Positions 54,627 through 64,000 of a DNA stretch of 64,000 nt are shown here, in pieces. The position numbers were made by a program, and so were the translations under genes. The DNA is from Eledone cirrhosa. Lineage: Eukaryota. Within the stretch, counting starts at the first letter, position 1, and every line of letters starts with the position of its first letter. The DNA is taken from contig OZ024763.1 of assembly GCA_964016885.1 (NCBI GenBank), positions 21,452,001 to 21,516,000 on the forward strand, given 5' to 3'. The notes beneath the pieces were generated by a model. That model ran no database searches. It was not told the origin of the DNA and saw only the letters and a list, made by a program, of their open reading frames with translations.

Positions 54627-55031
54627 CCCTTTGGCATTTACATTACTCTATATATACTATTGTATTTTCGCGGTAAAGGCTTTATCTCACATAATATCGA
54701 ATTTATGAGATTTTGATATTATCTATTTTGAGAACAATACCTTTACATCAGTATGAGTGGTCAGTTATGGCTGGTTTGAACAGAAAGATGTGAGAGAAAT
54801 CTGGCCGGATACGGCCGGTTTAACCCTTTAACATTTATATTACTCTATATATACTATTATATTTTCATGGTAAAGGCTTTACCTCACATAATATCGAATC
54901 TATGAGATTTTGATATTATTTCTTTTGAAAACAATACCTTAACATAAGTATGAGCAGCAAGTTACAGCCAGTTTAAACAGAAAGAGGTGAGAGAAATCTG
55001 GCCAGATATGGCCAGTTTAAATGCTAAAGGG
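54627..55031. mobile_element. tandem pair of piggyBac-like MITE P1
   Basis: TTAA|CCCTTT at 54627 and 54824. Ends AAATGCTAAAGGG|TTAA. Confidence 0.85.
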
Positions 55032-55774
55032 TTAAAGTCAATTGGTTTTATTTAAAAAAAATATTTTTTAAACAAACTTTCATATTTTTTTTTATTAGAA
55101 ACTATTTTTAATCTGAAAGAAATTTCCTTCACTTTCAGCGTTATTTTTATTTCATAAATAATTCTATATTGAACAATAACGCCACAACTATGGCTTTGGA
55201 AGTCTTATCCAGATTAAGGCAGTTTAAAATGGTGGAGTTGTTACTGTGGCCATGCTGAGGCACTGCTCTTCTACTGGTTTCTGTTATTAGACTGCAAACA
55301 TGCTAGGGCACCACATTCTTTTATTTTTGGGGAATTTAGAAAATTTTGTTTTTTGGGTTTCACTCATTAGACTGGCCATGCTGGGGCACTTCTCTATTAC
55401 TGGTTTCTGACAGATTGAAGCTAGACTGCAGCCATGCTGTGGCACTACACTTTTACTGGTTTCACACATTAGACTGCTGAGGCACCACATTCTTTTATTC
55501 TTTTACTGGCTGCAGTCATTAGACTGTGGCCATGCTGGGGTATTGTTCTTTTACTCATAATGTGACAATCTATCTAACTCTTGTAAGTATGGAAAATAGA
55601 CATTAAACGATATGCTCCCTTCCACCCAAAATAGCCTCGGAAATGTTACCTTTTAATCAATCTTTGCTGTCTGAAGATATCACGATATCTATCGTCATTA
55701 AAATATGTATAGCGGCTCAATTAATAAAGGACCCTAACATCTTCAACTTCACATTTTCCTCTTTATATATATAT

Positions 55775-56010
55775 ATGTAAAAGGTAAACAGAAATAACAA
55801 CACAATCGGTACAGTATATGGAAGGGATATATTAGATTAACGCTTGATATAGCAGGAAGAGGGTATTAACGTTTCGGACGCTAATCCTTCATCAGAAGAA
55901 AGAATGAGAAATAAGATAGATAGATTAAGCGGACGGACGGGTTGGAATTGGAAAAAATGTCTTTAGATAAAAATAACAGGTCCATTCATGTTGACATCTC
56001 TTGCAACATA
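55775..56010 (-). mobile_element. PLE-like pLTR fragment H4 with minimal hammerhead 55864-55899
   Basis: Minus strand TCTT-CTGATGA-A-GGAT(tagc)GTCC-GAAA-CG-TT-AATA. Core intact, one stem I mismatch. (TA)n flanks. Confidence 0.75.
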
Positions 56011-56364
56011 TATATATATAAATCAGGATAGAACCAGTTTAAAATTAGTTTGATCATTATGCAACAGTGTACTCGATACTTGGGGTAGTAGAGACACACC
56101 TTCTTCAGCTTCATATCCAGTATTATTAGAGCTACTGGTTATATACCAACCCGCTTAGACCAAAGTATGACTGAACTTGGATTTGTGGACAAAGTGCACA
56201 GCTCCCTAATTCATAGAATACAAATGTCTGGCACCTTCAAAATTTGCAAAACATTCCTGCAATTCAAGCGATGACAACTTCTTTTCTTTTACAACCTTGC
56301 CACCAGGAAACTGGCCGGTCAAAATTGTACTCGAAATTAAGAGAAAGAGAACATACATACATAC

Positions 56365-56700
56365 ATGATGATGGCTGCCCCCTCGTTATCGAGTATGGCC
56401 ATTGCACGATATACCATTATTAATAATTATTAATTAATTCTATTGTACAATGCCTGTGCGTGAAGATATTTTTAAAGTGAGGAAAGACTGTGCACTGAGC
56501 CAATCCCACTCTCTAAGCGACAGTAGCTATAACCTGAAAAGAAGAAAATATCAACATCATCGGTAACTACTGAGCCGCAGGTTTTATGTCGGAGTTATCC
56601 CAGTTTCCTGAGTTGCCTTCTCCTAGAAGAACGGCCTGACAAAGGCTAGGGGTCCTTCACTCCCAGTGGTTTAACCGCGTGATCGGGTGTCCAGCGCCTA
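56365..56700 (-). mobile_element. GC-richer retroposon-like element, possibly RTE-derived non-autonomous
   Basis: Minus strand contains CTAGGAGAAGGCAACTC, reminiscent of RTE 5' UTRs. Ends in CATCATCATGTATG. Assignment from memory only. Confidence 0.4.
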
Positions 56701-57659
56701 TGCATATACACATACACACACATGTACATGTGTATATACATATTTACACACTTTTGGATGGCCGTTGACTCTTACATACATACATACATACATACACACA
56801 TGCACATTAATCATACAGACCTATGCACAGATATTAAAATGAGTTTCTTTTGTATCTCTATATCATCCCCTCTCCCCTGATATTACATTCTGGCATCATA
56901 GGATATAAAGAGAAGATGAAGCTGTCCCACTGTGGATATCATAACTGATCAATATATATATAGATGGTATAGCAAGCAATAGATCAGAATTGGCTGCTCT
57001 ATTACTCCATATTTCAACAAACTTCTAACATTTGTCTTCATAAACATCTGTTAATCTGTCATAGAAGTTACTGTTGATATCTCTTGAAGTGGAATAATTA
57101 CTGACTCTTTTTATCTTTTTATCTAATCATTATATGTGTGAGTGTGTGTATGTGTGTGTGAGAATGTGTGTGTATATATATATATATATATATGAGTGTG
57201 TATGTGTGTGTGTATGTGTATGTATGTATGTATGTATACACATATATATATGTATGTATATATAATATATATATATATATATGTATATATAATGGTGGTA
57301 TACATATCTATATGTTTGTATGTATATATATGTGTGTATATAAATATATGTGTGTATGCGTGTGTGTGTATTTATGTACATACATATATATATATATATG
57401 TGTGCTATGTATACACGCAGCCTTCCTAAACCAAATGAAAAATGATTAAGTTTTACTTTGATCATAGCGGTAAGAGTGATGGTGGTGGTGGTGGTTGTGA
57501 TAGTGATGGTGGTGGTGGTGGTTATGGTGATGATGATGATGGTGGTGTGGTGCTTGTGGTGATGAGATAAGATACATTAGTTAATGTCTGTACAGTTTAA
57601 ATATGATGACTTCTTTCTATAATGCTTAAGTGATAGTGTTTATATATAACGCCAGTCCA

Positions 57660-58005
57660 TAGCAGGGTTAAAGTCTGCCTTGAGCCTGGAGGTCAATCTG
57701 GCTGGAGCATATCCCGGTCTCCATAGTATAAAGTGACTCAGAGTACATGACTCTCCCAGCTATTACTGGTACTCATTTTTAGCTGACTTTACTGGAGCAG
57801 CATGAAATGAAGAATTTTGCTCCAGAACACAACACACAGGCTTGTCCAGAAATCAAACCTATGATATTATGATCGTAAGTCGAACACCCTTACCACTGAG
57901 GTGACATGAAATGAAATTTTTTGCTCAAAAACACAACACATAACCTAGTCCAGGAATCAAACCCATGATGTTATGATCGTAAGTCCAACACACTTACCAC
58001 TAGAT
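57660..58005 (-). mobile_element. degenerate SINE with duplicated head
   Basis: Two copies of AACACAACAC...TCCAG.AATCAAACC...TTATGATCGTAAGTC.AACAC..TTACCACT. Confidence 0.7.
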
Positions 58006-58887
58006 AAGTCTTTGTAGCTGTACCAGCTTCCATATAACTTTGTATATTACCATACTTTTCTACAACACAGAATCCTGTCTCCTCCCCCTCCTCTCTCTCC
58101 ATCTCTGTCTCCATATTTCTCTGTTTCTTTCCTTCTCTCTCCTCCATGTTTGTCTCTCTTTCCATATCTCTCCTCCTCTCCATCTCTCCAACATCTCTGT
58201 CCCCCTATCTCTCTCTCCCTCACATCCATCTCTCTCCCCCACCCCCTCTTTCCCACTCCACCCCACCCCATCTCTCTCTTCTCTCAAATGCTGTTATTGA
58301 TCACCATATAAAATAACCAGCCAGCCTTGTTCACTTCTTCTATCCTTGTCTATTGATCATGTTTTTACTAAATATCCTTTTGAATATTCAAAACCACTTC
58401 CACTCTTGCAACTGGCATGGACGGTTTGCCTTAATTTCCTGACGTCTTTCTCTAAACTACACACTCATTTCTATGCATTTCGTCGAGTAGAAGAATCTTA
58501 TTGAAGCTTCTTACTGTGTTATTGTCTGTATTTCTTATTCTTGCTCACACCTGGTTACATTGAAATTATCAAATAAGAATCACTGTTTGCTTCATGTTTC
58601 TATAGTTAGCTTGAAATGTTTATGATCTTTGGCTGTGATAGTTCTGTTAGTTGTGACAATATAGTTCTCTTTGAATCTCTCTCTCTCTCATGGAAAGTTC
58701 ATTTTCTTCTCAATTCCATTTAATTTCATTCCACACATCAATCTTGTTAGTTTTTAAACTATGTATATATACGAGTTTCTCTGAGTCTGAGTGGAAGAAA
58801 ATGATGATGATAATGATGATGATAATGACAATGACAACGACGACCACCATTATACCCCCCCCCCCCACACACACATATATATATATA

Positions 58888-58981
58888 CAGGGTGTCCCCC
58901 AATGTGTATACACACTTTGATTACCTCTACAGGCAATACTTATTAGAGTGCTGTTGAAGTGTGTATATATTGTTTGGGGAC

Positions 58982-58987
<6 letters not shown>
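58888..58987. mobile_element. Tc1/mariner-type MITE (solo)
   Basis: TA|CAGGGTGTCCCC ... GGGGACACCCTA|TA. Confidence 0.8.
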
Positions 58988-59022
<35 letters not shown>

Positions 59023-59477
59023 ATCATCATCATCAACATCATTGTCATCATTATCTCTCACACAGGCTCAGAGAAGTTCTTTCTCTTTCTCTTTCTCTCT
59101 CTTTCCCTTTCTTTTTCTTTGCATCTCTCTCTCTCTCTCTCCCCTGACATCAACGTCACCATTCTGTATTATTTCTAGGTGTTAAAACTTAAAAGCCTTA
59201 TGAGCTTAAACTTTATTTTTTTCTCTATCACCAAGAAATCAATACAATTCACATGTACGTTAGCTTTTATGAACATTGTATTTTGTTGTTAACCTTATTT
59301 CCTAAAAATAATAGAAAACCATACAGACTTCTTTGTCTTTTCTCTATTTTTTTTTTTTTTTTGCTTTTTGCTTTTTTAAAACTTTTTTTTTCAAATTCAT
59401 TTCATCATCAATTTGAAATCTCTATTCTGTCCGCTGAGGCCACAGGGTAGCTAGCGTGTGGGCCCCCATTTGCTCAT

Positions 59478-59760
59478 AATAGTGAGAGATGGGGAGGGTG
59501 GTAGAGATGGAGGCAGTGACAGTGGGAGTTTGGGTCCTTTGTGTTTGGACTTGGTGTATATAATGTATATATTAGTGAGAGATGGGGAGGGAGGTAGAGA
59601 TGGAGGCAGTGACAGTGGGAGTTTGGTTCCTTTGTGTTTGGACTTGGTGTATATAATGTATATATTAGTGTGAGATGGGGAGGGAGGTAGAGATGGAGGC
59701 AGTGACAGTGAGAGTTTGGTTCCTTTGTGTTCGGACCTGCTGTATATATGTATATATTTA
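59478..59760. repeat. about 94-bp tandem repeat x3
   Basis: TAGTG.GAGATGGGGAGGG at 59479, 59573 and 59666. Confidence 0.9.
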
Positions 59761-59899
59761 TTTACCACATCACATTATATCTCAACCCTACTACTACTAC
59801 TACCAGTGCTACCACCAACAACCTATAAACACTTAGTAAGACAGAGAGAGAGAGAGAGAGAGAGAGTATCCATTAATTATGAGTAAAACATAACAGAAT

Positions 59900-60215
59900 A
59901 AAAGGGTAAAGACCCCTTTCTGTCACAAATGACCATGGGATTTGCACCTAGAAAGTTCCACTCTGAGGCACAAGTCCAGGCAAGGTTGTTTGTTGAAGAC
60001 CAGCAGTCACACATGCATACCAGTCTCCCTCTCCATGCCACCGATGTTGTTCAAGGGAAAGGCAATGGCCAATACAGCTTGGCACCATTAAACTGGAGCA
60101 ACGTGAAATAAAGTGTTTTGCTCAAGAACACAGTGCATAGCCCGGTCTGAGAACCGAACTCACAACCTCACGATTGTAAGCCCAGTGTTCTAACAACTAG
60201 TCCAGGCTCCTTCAC
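59900..60215 (-). mobile_element. tRNA-derived SINE (family S3)
   Basis: Head and CTGGAGCAACGTGAAATAAAGTG..TTGCTCAAGAACAC body shared with S1, different 3' half. Confidence 0.75.
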
Positions 60216-60267
60216 AAACAGAAGAAAAGAAAAATATATGATATATATAAACAGCCAGCTGACTTAA

Positions 60268-60484
60268 CCCTTTAGTGTTCAAACCGGCCAAAACCGGCCA
60301 GAATTCTCTACCTCTTTTTGTTGAAACTGGCTGTAACTGGTCACTCAAACTGATGTTAAGGTATTGTTCTCAAAATAAATACTTTCAAAATCTCATAGAT
60401 TCGATATGTGAGATAATTATGTGAAGTAAAGCCTTTACCATGAAAATATAATAGTATATATAAAATAATGTGGATGCTAAAGGG
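60268..60484. mobile_element. piggyBac-like MITE P1
   Basis: TTAA|CCCTTTAG ... GCTAAAGGG|TTAA. Confidence 0.9.
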
Positions 60485-60558
60485 TTAAGAAGTATTGGGA
60501 AAATTTGATGACTATATTTCAAATGTAAGATATATTTTTAAAGTATGTTAGTTTAATG

Positions 60559-60692
60559 CAGTGGCTTCCAAAGTTGGTTCCACAAAGGAGTGTTTGGGGT
60601 TCCGTGAAAAAAAGGTAGAGGAGTATATTTATATTACAACCAATTTCTGAACCAAAAAGGGTTCCACATTTGAAAATGTTTGGGAAACCCTG
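60559..60692. mobile_element. hAT-like MITE (134 bp)
   Basis: CAGTGGCTTCCAAA / TTTGGGAAACCCTG with perfect 8-bp TSD GTTTAATG. Confidence 0.88.
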
Positions 60693-61102
60693 GTTTAATG
60701 TAAGCTGTTTCAATGTAGGTTTTTTTGGGGTGGGGGATAACTGGTTTGTTTATCATAGATAGCTTATTTATCATTCCTTCATAGCCAGCCTATGAACCTT
60801 TCAGTTGACCCTCATACATATATATATATATATTATTCTACATTGTCTCTGTTGATTTAAAAAAAAAAATGCAGAATTTGTCATTTAATTTACACATTGA
60901 GAACCCAAACCCATCCTATTTATTTTATAACATATGGGATTTCTTGTGATGTTCTTTTTTTGTCATGTATAATGTTTTTTAATGTCAAAAGAAAATTATT
61001 TGTCGCAGGAATGCTATCAGTTAAAATAAAATTTCACTGGAGATAGATTAAGAAAATTTAACAAATGGCAGGCTGGGTGTTCGAATAAGAGCAGGGGGTA
61101 GT

Positions 61103-61400
61103 GGAAAAAATCTGAAAAATTAATAAGAGACGGTGGGGGGAATTTGAAAAATTAATAAGTGTGGTAGAGGGGATTGAATAAGAAGGTGGGACTGGAAAAA
61201 ATCTGAAAAATTAATAAGAGACGGTGGGGGGAATTTGAAAAATTAATAAGTGTGGTAGAGGGGATTGAATAAGAAGGTGGGACTGGAAAAAATCTGAAAA
61301 ATTAATAAGAGACGGTGGGGGGAATTTGAAAAATTAATAAGTGTGGTAGAGGGGATTGAATAAGAAGGTGAGACTGGAAAAAATCTGAAAAATTAATAAG
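61103..61400. repeat. 91-bp tandem repeat x3.3
   Basis: GGAAAAAATCTGAAAAATTAATAAG at 61103, 61194, 61285 and 61376. Confidence 0.92.
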
Positions 61401-61799
61401 CGCAGGGAAGGATGATTATTCTAGACCCGAGAATAGTGAAAAACTAAGTTGGTATAGAATCTTAACTGGAATCCATTATTAAGTCTGTTTGTGTGTTGCC
61501 TTTGAAACCCATTATTTCAAACTAACAATGCAGTTCTAGTTATTCTATGCCTTGTAGTCAACAATCTTGGTTACTGTATTGATTGTAGAAAAAAATATGT
61601 ATTTTCTCCTATCTTAATATGTTACATAATCAGTTAAGGTTACATAAGATTCCTGTTCACAGAATCCTTTGTTGTTGAGTTTAGGAAATAAAACAACAGA
61701 ATCAATATTAATTCTGAACAAATCATGGCTTGTTCTTACTAACATAATGAAGGCACTTTCTCTATATGTTTCTCTCTGTTGTTGGTGTTTCATATGTAG

Positions 61800-62190
61800 G
61801 AAGGGCAGCTGATTGGCAGAATCGGTAGAGCGTTGGACAAACATGCTTTGCAACATAGAGTTATATCCCTTTATATTCTGAGTTCACATATCGCTGAGGT
61901 TAGCTTTGCCTTTCATCCTTACAGGGTCGATAAAATAAAGTACCAGTAATGCATTGGGGTTGATTTAATTGACTTTCCACTCCTCCTAAATTGCTTACCT
62001 TGAAGGGTGTTTCTTTCAATGTTTCTCTCTTTTGTTGTTGTTGTTGTTGTGTTATATGTAGGAAGGGCTGCTGATTGGCAGTAATCGGTAGAGTGTCGGA
62101 CGATATGGGTGGCAGCATAGAGTTATGGCCCTTTACACTGTGAGTTCAAATCTCGCTGAGGTTAGCTTTGCCTATCATCCTTACAGGCTC
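61800..62190 (+). mobile_element. two tandem Meta-like SINE copies
   Basis: CTGATTGGCAG.ATCGGTAGAG...GAGTTCA.AT.TCGCTGAGGTTAGCTTTGCCT.TCATCCTTACAGG duplicated. Confidence 0.75.
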
Positions 62191-62564
62191 ATCCCACCCC
62201 TATACCTACGTCCCCAATTCCCCAGACATCTTCCCCAACCCACACCATAAAATGGGCCCCCTGGAGCCACGACAAAAGTGCCCTGCTTACCCTATAAAGT
62301 AGCTGTGTACGTGTCACGGCAAAGTTGCCCAGCCCACACTGTCAAGTGGTTGTGTAGGTGTCATGACAAAAGCTCCCAGTTCACACTATAAATGTGGTTG
62401 GCATTAGGAAGGGCTTCCAGCCATAGAAACCAAGCCAAAATCAGTTCTGTGTGTGCAAAACACAGTCCTCTGACCTGATCTCTCACAAAGGGACAGCTCG
62501 TTCTACCCATGCTAGCATAGAAAATGGACAATAAACGATGGTGATGATGATATATATATATATC

Positions 62565-63106
62565 GTGCAGGGCGATAAAAATAGATGGTAGCCACGGAGT
62601 AGGCAGACCCAGAAAAACCTGGGACAACTTGATAAATTCCGACCTCACACACTTACACCTCTCTAAGACAATATCACTGGACCGAGATCTTTGGCGCTAC
62701 ACAGTAATACAGAAGCCCCGCCTTACAAAGCGAAACCTACAGTCAGTAGGCACCTCTTAACAAAAATACACCCCCGTCCCACCACCCCCACACTATTTAC
62801 ACCACCCCTTTCGATGTAAAGTTATGTTGGTACCACAACATCCAGACCGAAATAAATGAGGTCGTGTAGGTGTCACGACAAAAAAACACACAGTCCACGC
62901 TGTAATGTGGCCGTGTAGGTAACACGGTAAAAACCTCCCAGTCCACACTGTAAACGACGGGGTTGGTGTTAGGAAGGGCATCCAGCCGTAGAAAACCCGC
63001 CAGACAGTCCTATGCGAGCAAGACAACCAATCTTGCCTCAAGTGGGAAAATTCCCGTCCAAACCCATGCAAGCGTGGAAGATGGACGTTAAACAATGATG
63101 ATGATG

Positions 63107-63108
<2 letters not shown>
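62565..63108 (+). mobile_element. RTE LINE 3' end with long 3' UTR and (GAT)n tail
   Basis: CRAIKIDGSHGVGRPRKTWDNLINSDL...LDRDLWR, then a UTR with GGAAGGGCATCCAGCCGTAGAAAACC. Confidence 0.85.
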
Positions 63109-63143
<35 letters not shown>

Positions 63144-63152
63144 TATATATAT

Positions 63153-63197
<45 letters not shown>

Positions 63198-63276
63198 TAT
63201 ATATATACACACACATATATATATATATATATATACACACACATATACATATATATATATACACACACACACACAC

Positions 63277-63322
<46 letters not shown>

Positions 63323-63499
63323 TAATAAAAACAATGAAATAAAAACAAAGAACAAGTTCCTTATATTAAAAAATTCATCATTTTACTATCGTTTCTGGGA
63401 TGTATATGTGTGTTGGTATGTATATCATATAGATCTATGTAAAGATATTACAAATTATCAGAGGAAATATACATACCTTCACATATACATGCCGTCCTC

Positions 63500-63680
63500 A
63501 AAAGAGTCAGGACCCTGATGGCTGAGATCCAGCCATTTTGACAGCTATATCGATCTAGCTGTCGAAAGGCCGTAGCTAGGCCGCCGGGGTCCTGAATCTT
63601 TTCATATTACCGAGTCTACTACCCCAAGTATCGAGTACTCTAGTGGGTTATGGTCCACCTGGTATTTTACCACACCCTAT
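63500..63680. mobile_element. partial MITE M1
   Basis: AAAAGAGTCAGGACCC...TATGGTCCACCTGGTATTTTACCACACC matches 32330-32510. Confidence 0.75.
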
Positions 63681-63697
63681 CTGATATATATATATAT

Positions 63698-63869
63698 AAT
63701 AGTAGAACACTGGAGTGTTATATCCGTAGTAGTAGAGCACTCAGTCCATGGGATGAGTTTGGTAGAAGTAGTTCCACACCAGTTAGTTCACCATATCGAG
63801 CTGAAGATCCGCATAAGGTGAAACATTTGTTCTCAGTATGGTGAACTAACTGTTGTGGAACTACTTCTA
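63698..63869 (+). mobile_element. 172-bp hairpin element (family H5) in (TA)n containing a hammerhead
   Basis: 65-bp tail, then 34-bp inverted arms 63763-63796 / 63836-63869 directly extending hammerhead stem I. Confidence 0.75.
63798..63834 (+). ncRNA. minimal type I hammerhead ribozyme
   Basis: GAG-CTGAAGA-TCCGCATAAGGT-GAAA-CATTTG-TT-CTC. GUU cleavage after 63831. Stem II is short (2 bp). Confidence 0.7.
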
Positions 63870-63884
63870 TATATATATATATAT

Positions 63885-64000
63885 CATCATCATTCATCAT
63901 CATTTCATTTTACGTCCGCTTTTTCCCTGCTTGCAAGGGTGGGACGGGAACTGATACTGGCTTGATTTCTACAGCTGGATGCCCTTCCTAACACCAACCT
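63885..64000 (-). mobile_element. SINE family S1 3' end (runs off window)
   Basis: Matches 22741-22860. Confidence 0.85.

Overview
AT-rich, microsatellite-saturated eukaryotic DNA, intergenic or intronic. The repeat landscape resembles an octopod/cephalopod genome (inference). I found no recognisable host protein-coding exon; nearly all listed ORFs are translations of (TA)n/(CA)n/(CAT)n/(CTT)n tracts or minisatellites. The window holds an 8.3-kb array of a 28-bp satellite and many tRNA-derived SINEs, one family sharing its 3' tail with an RTE LINE present in the window. It also holds 3' fragments of RTE, CR1/L2-type and Tx1/L1-type LINEs, TTAA-specific piggyBac-like MITEs, hAT-like MITEs with 8-bp TSDs, TA-flanked palindromic MITEs and minisatellites grown inside these elements. 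The most striking signal is about a dozen type I hammerhead ribozyme motifs (CUGANGA...GAAA..UH, seven with the core boxes intact) from several unrelated sequence families. Most lie in short Penelope-like elements next to (TA)n tracts. Several have a 'unique tail + inverted arm + hammerhead + arm' hairpin layout, and two lie downstream of GIY-YIG-like C-terminal remnants. All calls were made by eye; element boundaries are approximate to roughly 10-20 bp unless a TSD fixes them.
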